A stretch of 63,855 bases of DNA, filler included, from Aduncisulcus paluster (lineage: Eukaryota): assembly GCA_024181965.1 (NCBI GenBank). It is 10 parts of 10 records of this genome, joined end to end, with 100 filler letters (N's around TTAATTAATTAA, not from the genome) between each part and the next. Parts side by side here need not be neighbours in the genome. Positions count along the whole stretch, not along the records: positions 1 to 20,496 come from BQXS01011063.1; 9 more parts are not named here. One strand, 5' to 3'. The position numbers and the translations under genes are program-made. Below, piece by piece: positions 1 to 11,126 of this stretch. Below the pieces are notes generated by a model. It made no database searches. It saw only the letters and a program-made list of their open reading frames with translations, and was not told where the DNA came from. The number at the start of each line of letters is the position of its first letter. Positions within the stretch are counted from its first letter, which is position 1.

Positions 1-619
1 TATTAAGTTTACTAAACTTAGTTTAGATTGGTGCCTTTTTTCATGAAATTATCCGAATTATTCTCGAGAACGGTCATATCTTTGTGATATTTCTTATGCT
101 TTGAGTCATGTATGTATGATACCTTCGGTTATAGTATATCTCTCTGCGTGACGCAGTGCGTCTGATCATCTGAGTGTTGGTTTAATAACCTTTATAATGA
201 TGGTGGAGCAAATTTACTAGTTTGAGAATAAAAGAATGCGCGAAGAAAGGTAAAATATAGTCTGTAAAGAAACACAAAAACTTTCAAATATGATCTTCGG
301 TAATAAGATAGTAATAAACATTCTAATATCGAAATAAATATATTAATTAAAATCGTATTATAAAATATATATTAAATATTCAATAATAATACTCCTTAAA
401 GAAAATAATAAAAACGTCTGCTTTTGGCAACAGCCGTGTTATTCTAACATGAGTAATTATGCATCTTACTGTCATACGGTGACTCTTAAGCTGTTAAAGT
501 TTAACTTAAACTCCAAAATGGTCGTTAAGAAGAGATTTTCAAACCATCTAGAATTTCTAGAGGATAGGAATTTGGAAATCGCAATAAATTTTATTATACT
601 CGATGTATCAATGGCTTGT

Positions 620-3600
620 TTAAAGAGAGAAATCATCGGATTCTTTCCTTTTGTCTCGTTCAAGAAGAGCCAAAGCTGTGATTGTCTTCAAACTCTTCTT
701 TTCATCGACTTCGAGACATGAGAGTGCCTTCATACCATAGAGAAATTTTACATCGTCCTCCTTGGGAAGAAGAGTATGTTGGGTTCGTTTCTTTTGCTGC
801 TCAACCTCTTTCTTTGGGGTGTATCCTTGCCTTGATCTTGTATCAGCGAATATGTTAGTGGCTTCTCCGGTCTCCTTCATGATTTGGCGCTGAGATTTAA
901 GCCCCATCATCCTCCTGTCTTCGGCTCTTGTAAACTCATTGACAGAGGACACCATTTGTTTGGTGAGAATGGAACTCTTCTGTTGTTTGGTTTGACTGAC
1001 AGTGCCGACATCAGATTCATGTGCCTGGGATGTCGCAGAAGTAATGGATGCTCTTCTGAAGCCATGAATCTGTTGGGGAGCTTCATCAACACTCACGCTA
1101 TCTTCTTCAACTTCACTGAGGCGACTTTCACTCCGTGTTCCTTTGTTTGACGCTTTGGAAAAGGTAGAGAAGAAAGACAGAGCATCATTCGTGAGTTGAG
1201 CTTGAGAACGTAGTGTTGATTGACCAGATCTAATTACAGGAGAACGTTGAGTAAGAGATTGTCTAATTTTGGAACTCATCATCGAACGCGCAGCAAATAG
1301 AGCAGAGGGACGAGCATCACCTTCAGAGCCATCCTGAGAAGGTTCCACGGTGATTTCAACACGATACGGAGCTTTCTTATGCTTATTTTTGCCTATCGCG
1401 TCTGGTTCAATTTTCAAGTCACCGGCTTCACCAAACATGTCGTCTTGAGTTGGAGGAGCCTTGGATGATTTTTGCGCATTTCTTCGTTGTTTGCGCAAAA
1501 TCATTTTCTTGGCGAGTTCTTCTGCCTCTTCATCCTCTTCGTGCCTCCGTATCTTCGAAGCGTCCTCAGATACCTCACATGATTGAATTATTGAGAATAA
1601 AATTGAGGATGAATATCCAGGTGGAGGTGTGAAAGAGAACTTATCAATATCAGAAAGGTGAACGACACTATTCTCAGAAAACTCACAATATGAACTCAGC
1701 CCACGGGTTTCTATGACTTGTAAGAACCACATGGGAACAGTGTTGGACGATGTGAGCTGAGCAAATAACGAATAATCGAGAAAATCCTGCAACGATTCCT
1801 CAAGAACAAGTATTGTAGCTCCTGCTAACTGTCTGCATGCGATGACATGCGTTTCCTCGTCTTTCTTCCTTTGTTGCAAAAGAATATCCACAGAACTGTC
1901 GCGTGGAGTCCCTTGAGATGGCTCAACAGACATGGAAATAGAGGATATGGAGGCGGTTGACAGAGAATGCTGACGATCCTGAGTAGATGAGCTATTTTTA
2001 TCCAAACCGACAGATTCTGTCATCTCAATGGTCTTTAATCCAGGAATAACATGGATTGTATCATGCGACTTAGCTGTATCGGTTTGGGATTCTGACGATT
2101 GTTTAGCCAAGAAAAACCTCATATCATCACCATCTCCTCTTAAAGGCTCATGATATGCTGTACTGTCTTGAGTCTCAATTGATCCCTCACGGTGATTTTG
2201 TTGTCGGATATCACCTGACATCGTGTCATATTCTTCACCGGATTGTGGCAAATCAACAGAGGGAACAGATAGAACACGATGCTCTTGGTCACCTGAAGGA
2301 CCTAGGACATAATCCACATCAGCATTCGTGTGATTAGATTCTGAAATATCAATAGGATTTCGACTGTTTGAAATGGTCTCATATTGCTCAGCAAACTGTG
2401 AAACCGATGATATTCTTCCCCTAACTCGCCCCATTTGCACAGCAAGTGATGGTCTTCTTATCTGGGGTTGGATTATTCCTGAAGTTGGCTGCAGACAGGC
2501 CACACCAGAAGGATTGGGAGGAGAAGAAGAGGGAGCAGAGAGCATGGATATATCCTCATCAATCGATTCGATTGGATGGAGTTCTTGTGGATCTTTCGAA
2601 GGAAGAGCAGAATGCAACGAGGGACTCCGAACACGTGCAAGTTCATCAGCAATCATAGGGAGAGAAGAAGCAGCGGTTCCATCACCATGAGAAATACGGC
2701 GCCTCTGAATGGCTTTAAATAGTTCATTTCGAGCATCTTGAGAAAGTGTGGAGGCTTTTCTCGAGGTTGATTGGGAGGATATCATATTCTGAGAAGCCCA
2801 CCGTTCCCTGTCATCCTTCAACACACAGCCGCAGAGAGTAAAGAGGAGTGACTTGACAACTCCCCAGACGGTATAATCACCATATGATCCAGAACGAGCA
2901 GAAAATCGTTTCGAACGTGCGTTTTCCATGCTCACCCGTTTGGACGAAAACCCTAAAAGATCGAGGCAAAAGAATGGAAAAACACACAAATGAGTATGGA
3001 CAGAAGTTCTATTAAGAGAGAAAGGAATCTTATCCTCAGAACGTGGAGATATATCAAACTTATCAAAACTCAATGGAGCCCCGAGAGACAAGGGAATTAC
3101 AGGGGTTCTATCTTTCATATGAGGTGCTATTCTAATAGATTCGTGAATAAAATCACGGGCAGAATCTTTTTTGAAAGAACTTTGATCGTGTTTTGAAGTT
3201 GTTTTCTTACCGTCCATTGAAGGTCCACGCATAATGGTTATACTGAAAGGAAACTGATTCCTATCTTCATCCTCTTCCTGCTTATGTTCTGAAGAATGCT
3301 CGTCAATGACCAAACTTTCTTCATCTTCAACGGATACTCTCTTATCATCAGTTTCTTTGCTTGGATGAGAGCTATGTTTATCTGGTTTAATCAGAATTTT
3401 CTCACTGCTTCCCAATTTAGCATCTCTTCCGGAATGTTTACCTTGAATGAGTCTGCATGATTTTCTTGATATCCATACCCTTGCACCAAGCCCACTCAGT
3501 TGAAGAACACAGACACATCCACCCATAATGGCCACATGGGGTTGAACGACCTTGAGAAGGATATCATCGTCACTCTCGTCTTTTGCTTTCTTCCCTTTGC

Positions 3601-5798
3601 GTTTTGATTTTGATGGGTTCTTTCCATGTTCATTCACAGAAGGCGGAGATTCCATCATCTCCTCGCCATTTTCAATGTAGGATGTTGTATCAGAAAGAAT
3701 CTCACGGACACTCACCATTCCACGACTGCTCGAGGAAGACACGTACTGTTCCATGGCCTCGAGATCCTTTCTCACCTCATCGCCACAGCCGCTCACACAG
3801 AGTCCTATGAAACGTACAATCTTGGAGTATAGAAATACAGAGTACAAGTGGAGGAGAAGGAAGTTGGCAGCTTCAATGACAACATCCACATCTCCACATA
3901 GCAATACAGACATACATGTTGACAGAGATAATGCAGATGGGAGAGGGTTCTCATCGTCACTCCCAATGATCTCCTCGATGGACAGATAAAGAGAGTTGAA
4001 AACATCAGAGAATCGACCCACATGTGCCTCTGCAACCTCCTGTTCAATGTCTTCATGGTCACAGTGCTTTTCACGGGCAGATATCTCACCAGCAAACATA
4101 GAAGTGCCAATCCTTGGGGTCGAAACACGTGGTCCAACATCATATGAAGCTGTTACAAATACAGACGAGGCTTTCATTGCACCATAATCGCGGGTTGATG
4201 CATACCTTACCGATCTTCCAGACAGATACTCGTCAGTACGAAGTTGTTCCCGATCATATTTATCGGCATCTTCAATGCTTTGAATACCAAGCTGCAGACC
4301 TTCGAGGGGCAGTGGTTTCCCAAGGGATGAGTAAACTCCAATACTTTCAATCACATCTCCGTCATCGTCATCGAAAAACCCATAGGCTTTCTGTATCGAT
4401 TGCAGAGACAACTTCTTCATGATATCGACAGGTACATTNNNNNNNNNNNNNNNNNNNNCTTACCGATCTTCCAGACAGATACTCGTCAGTACGAAGTTGT
4501 TCCCGATCATATTTATCGGCATCTTCAATGCTTTGAATACCAAGCTGCAGACCTTCGAGGGGCAGTGGTTTCCCAAGGGATGAGTAAACTCCAATACTTT
4601 CAATCACATCTCCGTCATCGTCATCGAAAAACCCATAGGCTTTCTGTATCGATTGCAGAGACAACTTCTTCATGATATCGACAGGTACATTGAGAGCTCG
4701 AAGCCGACGCTGAAGCACAGGAGAGAGAATGAACAGATCACGTAATAAACGGAGGATGAACACTTTGACCAAGAGAGTTCCCTGTTTAATTAACGAACAG
4801 AGATTCTCAGTCAAAAAATGACGGAGGGAGGGAGCAGTAAGTTTTGCGCAATATATCAATGTAATAATGGAGCTGAGTACAGATAGAAATGATCCGAGCA
4901 TCGTTACTTGTTTCGTTTCCTTAACATTGTTTATATTATCCGTTTCGGCATTTGTATTTCTCCATATTTTATAACTAATCACAACACTATCTCCATGACT
5001 GCCAACAACACCTCCAATGCTCTCAAATTCAACATCTATTCGCTTGATAAGGCTAAACAAAGTGATGTGACCATTGCACTTGACAATATGAACAATAGAA
5101 TCTGTAGCATTCCTCAAAATGCATAAAATAAGCTTTAAACATGATACAATACCTTCAATGCCTTCATTTCCAGACAAAATAGAAAACACAGCAGGAATGG
5201 CACCAGCACTCATGAATTGTGCAACAAGACGTTGACGCTCATATCGTCTAGCTCTTTCAAGGAAGAGACGAACGCATGTATATATATCTGAATGGTATGT
5301 AAATATCTTATTCTTTTGAGAAGGCGACAGAGAATGAAGGCGAGATGAAGCCATGATAACTTGGGTTGTAAGCCTTGAAAATATGAGGCTTGTCGATTCG
5401 CCAAACAATTTCTTTAATGGAGAAGGTGATGGTTGACGATATGATGATGAAGGCAGCGATGATGATGTTGAGACTCTGGGTCTAGACCTGGCTGTCTTCA
5501 CTTGAGTCGGAGTATATGGTAATGAGGCAATTTTATCGTATTGATCTATTGGTTGATGCTTTAAGATCGATCTAGCTGTTCTAGATCTATATTTAGATGA
5601 TACATAACCATGAGAGGTGGCTAATTTTCGCCGGACGTCATTCGTAACAGAAATTTTCAAATCTTCTCCTTTATCTTCTTTTAATGCTAGGATAAGGAGT
5701 TTTATCAGTTGGCATCGAGCATTGAGATTCGATTTGTCCCATTTACCGACAGAAAAAGATGTACAGGTTGATTTGGATGGAATATTTTTCGAGAACAT
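620..5798 (-). CDS. ARMH1: Large armadillo-like helical protein (ARMH1/C1orf228-like) with long low-complexity insertions; one gene split by a scaffold gap
   Basis: ORFs 4368..5798 and 620..4420 overlap through a 233-bp duplication (4206-4438 = 4459-4691) around a 20-N gap; removing gap plus duplicate gives one ~1641-aa ORF. Motifs KWDKSNLNAR, SLIFSRLTT and QFMSAGAIPAVFSIL resemble the ARMH1 N-terminus as recalled (EWDNAGKVAR, SLFLVRLTT, EFLEVGGVLTLLEIL). Confidence 0.5.
4206..4691. repeat. 233-bp direct duplication flanking a 20-N gap (unmerged contig overlap)
   Basis: 4206-4438 is identical to 4459-4691. Confidence 0.9.
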
Positions 5799-5944
5799 AT
5801 AATAAAAAGTTATTCAACGCCTATAAAATAAAAATAAATGACATAAATATCTCAGAATGTTACCAAAAACCAGGAACTTGGAGAAAGAAATTTTATTCAA
5901 TCTTCTTTTCGTCTTGCGTCCTTTTGATTGAGTAGAAAAGGAAA

Positions 5945-7063
5945 ATGCTACCTACGAAAGTTTTTAGTCCTTCCTCAATAATTTCTCAAACTCTTTTTGA
6001 TTTTATTGAGAGATCTAGTATGGGAGATTCTGTTTTTCAACGTCGTAGTCCCATCAGTGATAGTCTGCATTTTCCTTCCTCCATTACTTCAAGTGATGAG
6101 ACTAAAAGATTTTATATTGGCCAGATAACAGAACAAATTGAAGCCATTGATGCCGAATCAGAAAGTGGCAAACTTAGTTCACATAAGGATGTTGATGATA
6201 TGGATGAGGAAGAATTGGAGGAAATTCTTGAATATTCAAAAGGTCCAGATGATATTTCTTCTCTAGAACATGAAGATGATCATACAGATTTGATACCTAT
6301 GGGTTCTCCGTATGATCCTGATAAATGGGTTCGGAGGCGTCTCAATATATCAAAATTTTTTAAAAATGTATCTAAAATACCATTGATTGGTTTACCTTTT
6401 GGTCTTCTCTCAAAGTTGATTGAACCTTCAACATCTTCTACTTCTGGTGCTTTCTTGCCAACCGTTTTCAAAGGAATAAGAGATTTGATCGGTTATAATA
6501 TTGCCCTTACCTTAGAATCTATCCTTTCGATTTGTCCTTCATTTGATATTGAGAAGTTTGTTGAAATTACAGCTCCTCAGATGCTCATGAGTGTTATGAG
6601 GGATTATTACGATGGAAATATTGATGGATTCAAAGCATTAACAAACATTAAGGTCCAAAGAATGCTCTTAGTTGGACTTAAAGATAGATTAACTTATGGG
6701 GTGTCTTTGAAGGCTCTTTCTCTGGGTCTTGTGAAACCACCAACCATTTCTGATGCTTCACTGACAGATGGGAACAGTGGGAAGAAATTTACTCAACGAA
6801 TAACCCTAAAAATACCTCTTTCTCAATTCTATTACTCATATGGAGGTGATGCTGCCGCCGCTGCAATAGAGCTCGGCGCTGATGAGAAAGTGGCTAAAAA
6901 TGCTGATCTTTCATATGGTTCCAAGAATTTTGTTGGAGAATACCATTATATTGTGAGTTTTGATCTCCTTGATGTCGATTCGGAAGGAAATTTAAAATGG
7001 GTCATTTCAAATCTTCAAGCTCCAATGTTGGATCCGAAAACAAAGCCTACTCAACCATTTTGA
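5945..7063 (+). CDS. TIM44: Tim44-like inner-membrane import protein (mitochondrion or mitochondrion-related organelle)
   Basis: 372-aa ATG ORF. The C-terminal domain has the Tim44 pattern ICPSFDIEKFVE...VMRDYYDGNIDGFKALT...YIVSF...KWVISNL. The ML- N-terminus is Ser-rich and presequence-like. Confidence 0.7.
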   Translation: MLPTKVFSPSSIISQTLFDFIERSSMGDSVFQRRSPISDSLHFPSSITSSDETKRFYIGQITEQIEAIDAESESGKLSSHKDVDDMDEEELEEILEYSKGPDDISSLEHEDDHTDLIPMGSPYDPDKWVRRRLNISKFFKNVSKIPLIGLPFGLLSKLIEPSTSSTSGAFLPTVFKGIRDLIGYNIALTLESILSICPSFDIEKFVEITAPQMLMSVMRDYYDGNIDGFKALTNIKVQRMLLVGLKDRLTYGVSLKALSLGLVKPPTISDASLTDGNSGKKFTQRITLKIPLSQFYYSYGGDAAAAAIELGADEKVAKNADLSYGSKNFVGEYHYIVSFDLLDVDSEGNLKWVISNLQAPMLDPKTKPTQPF

Positions 7064-7158
7064 GGATGTTTCGAAACACAAGAACAGGACCAATCTTTCG
7101 ATTCCATATCATCTTCTGACTTGGAGAGTGATATTCTCTCAGTCTTCGAATTTCATGG

Positions 7159-7266
7159 AGATATTGCCAATATAACCTAATATGGTCAGTGGTTCTTGCA
7201 ATTAAATTCATTCATTTTGTGTCAAATTGTGCCACAATTTTATGAGAAGATATTGCCAATATAACC
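7159..7266 (+). repeat. 19-bp direct repeat AGATATTGCCAATATAACC within a degenerate ~89-bp tandem duplication
   Basis: Copies at 7159-7177 and 7248-7266, each followed by TGGTC..AGTGGT. Confidence 0.7.
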
Positions 7267-7877
7267 AGCCTGGTCTACTGAGTGGTATTATGACTTTTTC
7301 AATATATTTTGGACATGTCAATATTCATTCATCTCGTGGAAAGATAAGTAATATTATTATATATGAATTCTAATCAATAGTGCAATGCAGAATTACGAGA
7401 ACTTCTCTTGATTCAATCAAGTTGATTGAAATAAACAAAAAATGCTGGAAATACTAAATTTGTTACGATCTGAGCAAGATACAACTGTCTTCATGGAAAT
7501 TTTTGTAACTATAACTTGACCAGAGACACGAGGGAGGAAGAGGAGAACGGTTTTGCATTTACTAAAAGACTAGTTGTTCTTTCGACCAAAAAAAAAAAAA
7601 AAAAAAAAAAACGCCAAAAATCACAATTTACAATTTCATCTTTTAGCATTAACTCATGGCTTTATGTTATTTTTGAAGTTCAGTACAAGTCAGTGTATTT
7701 TTTATATCAAAATGGTGATTAAAATGAAAGAAATATCGGCGCAGATGAAAATCTGCTTGCTGATTTCATATATAAACAAACAAACCGTTGCAAGATAAGT
7801 AGTATCATTGAAATCGGTTATACGAATAATAAACCTGATTCCTTTCCCGAACATTGACAAAATTAATGGTATTGATA

Positions 7878-8147
7878 TTATATATTCAGATCAACGTGTT
7901 TAAGAACTTCAGATGTAACTAATTTTGATGTTTCGACGAATAGTGAGGCAGCATTACGACAAGCTTTTTTTTCAGACTCTGACAATTTTGAGCGGAATGA
8001 TCTACCTCTAAAAACTTTGTCAAAACATAAGGCAGTAATATTGGCAGCTTGTTGCTGCCACATAAAATGCCGATGAACCATATCAACTCGGTGTTGTAAG
8101 TCTTTCTCAGATGCGCTTATTTCTCCTATTTTTTTCATCAAAGACAT
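7878..8147 (-). CDS. Small Tim chaperone (Tim8/Tim13-like, zf-Tim10/DDP family) with degenerate twin CX3C motif
   Basis: 89 aa. ITALCFDKV...KLSESEKKACRNAASLFVETS aligns to the Tim8 pattern FTNICFKKC...NLSSQEEQCLSNCVNRFLDTN in size, spacing and the F-x-D/E-T motif. Confidence 0.7.
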   Translation of the reverse strand: MSLMKKIGEISASEKDLQHRVDMVHRHFMWQQQAANITALCFDKVFRGRSFRSKLSESEKKACRNAASLFVETSKLVTSEVLKHVDLNI

Positions 8148-8326
8148 TATAACTTATAAGATTGGATCTCCTAATGCGAAGAAATCTTTCATGGGCTTTC
8201 GTCATTTTTGATGAACAATAAAACAGTAAAAATCAAATAATAACACATAAAAGCAATTCTCTACCATCAAAATGCGATTATTATAAAGCCTATTCATCTT
8301 CACAACGATCGTAATCATTTGAGAGG

Positions 8327-10303
8327 ATGAACCCTGACGATATTGAGATCATTCGGCGTCAAGCCACTGTAAATGTGGGTACTATCGGACATGTTGCCCA
8401 TGGAAGTATGTTTTTTTATGTTTTTTTCGTGATTACTATTCATCATCCTGAATTGGGCTTATTTTCTTTTTTGGCTGCTATTTTTGCTTCAATTTTATTT
8501 AGAATCGACTGTTGTTAAAGCCATATCAACTGTCCATACAGTTCGTTTTAAGACTGAGCTCACAAGAAATATCACTATCAAGTTGGGATATGCCAATGCT
8601 AAAATTTTTAAATGCCCTAATTGTCCAGCTCCTTCATGTTATAAATCATTTGGAAGTAGTCAGCCTGATAAGCCTCCCTGTGATAAGTGTGGATCAGCTA
8701 TGGATCTCGTGCGTCATATTTCATTCGTTGATACTCCTGGACACGATGTGTTGATGGCTACTATGCTCAATGGAGCTGCTGTTATGGATGCTGCCCTCCT
8801 TCTTATTGCTGCCAATGAACCCTGTCCACAACCGCAGACAATGGAACATCTTGCTGCTGTTGAGATCATGAGACTTGAAAATATCATCGTTCTCCAGAAT
8901 AAGATTGATTTAATTGATATTAAAGAGGCTAAAAAACAATACAAGGATATTAAAGCATTCCTCAAGGATGGGATAGCCAAAGATTCTCCCATCATCNNNN
9001 NNNNNNNNNNNNNNNNTTTGGAATATATTATATTCCAATTTCTGGATGGATGGTATTGGTGGTTACAGGAATAATTATATGTTTTGCAATTGGTGTTAAT
9101 CCTCTCAAAAATATTATAAAGATGATATCAAAATGGTTTCAAAGGAAGAAAAATGCTAAAATTTTTAAATGCCCTAATTGTCCAGCTCCTTCATGTTATA
9201 AATCATTTGGAAGTAGTCAGCCTGATAAGCCTCCCTGTGATAAGTGTGGATCAGCTATGGATCTCGTGCGTCATATTTCATTCGTTGATACTCCTGGACA
9301 CGATGTGTTGATGGCTACTATGCTCAATGGAGCTGCTGTTATGGATGCTGCCCTCCTTCTTATTGCTGCCAATGAACCCTGTCCACAACCGCAGACAATG
9401 GAACATCTTGCTGCTGTTGAGATCATGAGACTTGAAAATATCATCGTTCTCCAGAATAAGATTGATTTAATTGATATTAAAGAGGCTAAAAAACAATACA
9501 AGGATATTAAAGCATTCCTCAAGGATGGGATAGCCAAAGATTCTCCCATCATCCCAATCTCTGCTCAGCTCGGCTATAACATTGATATCGTCAACCAATA
9601 CCTTGTTGAGACTATTCCTACTCCCTCCCGTGACTTTGAAAGCCCCCCACGTTTGATCGTGATCAGGAGTTTCGATGTTAATTCCCCGGGAACTGAAGTG
9701 AGGGATCTCAAGGGTGGTGTCGCTGGAGGATCATTATTCCAGGGTATCTTCCGTGTTGGCCAACGTATCGAGGTCCGTCCTGGACTTATCGCCAAGAAGG
9801 AAACCGGTGAGTGGGAGTGCACTCCCATCTTTAGTACCATCCGATCCCTTCTCTCCGAGCGCAATCCTCTTGAGTTTGCTATCCCCGGAGGTCTCATTGG
9901 AATTGGGACAGATATCGATCCAGCCCTCACTCGTCAAGACAGACTTGTTGGACATGTCGTCGGAAGTGTGGGTTCCCTCCCCTCCGTTATGAGTGTCGTT
10001 GAAGTTGAAGCCAAGCTCCTCACCAAGTTGTTGGGCGTGAAGACCGGCAAGAGTGAGAGACTGAAGGTTGTGTCGAAGCTCGAGGAAGACGAGAAGTTAT
10101 TGCTTAATATTGGAAGTACAAGTGTCATCGGAAAGGTCACAACTGTCGAGACTGAACAAGATAGCATCAAGGCAACAGTTGTCCTTACCAACACTATCGT
10201 GTGTTGTGATGTGGGTGAGAAGGTTGCTCTGTCAAGGAAGGTCGCTAAACATTGGAGGTTAGTCGGATGGGGTCGTATTATTGGTGGAAAGAGCATATTA
10301 TAG
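8327..10303 (+). CDS. EIF2S3: Translation initiation factor eIF2 gamma subunit; reconstructed as join(8327..8405,8503..8996,9554..10303), ~440 aa
   Basis: [18 protein letters not shown] (restored by splicing), [14 protein letters not shown], zinc-ribbon CxxC pairs, [40 protein letters not shown]. 8595-8996 is duplicated at 9152-9553 across a gap. Confidence 0.95.
8406..8502 (+). other. Spliceosomal intron (97 nt, GTATGT...TTTAG) in the eIF2-gamma P-loop
   Basis: Removal joins CAT GGA A|AA TCG ACT, giving the invariant GHVAHGKST. Confidence 0.92.
8595..9553. repeat. 402-bp duplication around a 20-N gap, with 135 bp of unrelated sequence (9017-9151)
   Basis: 8595-8996 is identical to 9152-9553. 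Confidence 0.9.
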
Positions 10304-10308
10304 ACAAA

Positions 10309-10507
10309 TTTTCAATGAGGTTTTCACGGGTCTCATTCAGCAAGATGAAGATGCACGTATGAGTGTTCATGATGCTCGCAAGAAAGTGCAAACTATCAAA
10401 TCTTTACTGCCAGAGATTGGGGAAGGGTTTGAATACCCGTCTATTGATGGTATTATCAAAGAACAAAATCGAAAACATTCTGGATTCGCTGGAGTAATTC
10501 TTGATGA
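10309..10507 (+). repeat. 199-bp exact copy of the kinase 3' coding region (13488-13686)
   Basis: Identical from TTTTCAATGAGG to TTCTTGATGA; both encode FNEVFTGLIQQDEDARMSV...FAGVILD. Confidence 0.92.
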
Positions 10508-10657
10508 GTCAGATATACAATATTCCATTTACATTATATTGTTTGATACAGATTGGACGATTATCTCTTCTTCCCTGGAAATAAGCAAAGGATGATTGTT
10601 TCTTTGAGCTTAATATGAGTATCTTTGAGATTCTTGTCTGTCACAGGGTGGACGATC

Positions 10658-11126
10658 CACGAATAAATTTGAGACTTTCTAACACCATTGAATAACACCT
10701 ATTTATGATTGTATAGCATTAAAATCGGCCATATATGTTTTTAAATGCATGAAGATGAACGTCATAGAATCCTTGAAGTACTACTTCAATGCTAGTAGCA
10801 CCAAGTCGATTTTGCAAATTCTTTCGATTTTGGTCGCATTCGACAACAAAACTGATATTCGATACTATTTTCTCCCCATTGAGTGCGATATAGTGCCAAT
10901 AGTATTATTAATATTTTCATTCCCAGCTGTATGTTCCTCCTGTTTCAAACAGAAAAAGTTTTCTCAAGTGGCCCACTTCTTCAGTGAAGATTACTGGTTC
11001 ATTGCTAAACCTATTAATTTTATAAATTTAATATATAAATTATATTAATCTTTATTCTCGAACTTCTTTCACATATTCTTGTATCGGCTATATATCCCAC
11101 CATCCAATAGAAATCACATATAACCA
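10658..11126 (+). promoter_or_regulatory. Conserved upstream region shared with the paralog at 50387
   Basis: Collinear blocks CACGAATAAA, CATGAAG..G.ACG.CATAGAATCCTTG, TCGATTTTGGTCGCATT, TTCTCGAA and TA.CCAATG also occur at 50066-50389. Confidence 0.6.

Noticed and set aside
9017-10303. Apparent second eIF2-gamma with an N-terminal transmembrane segment
   Set aside because: It lies beside a gap, duplicates 8595-8996 exactly and lacks the P-loop; best explained as a chimeric contig end.
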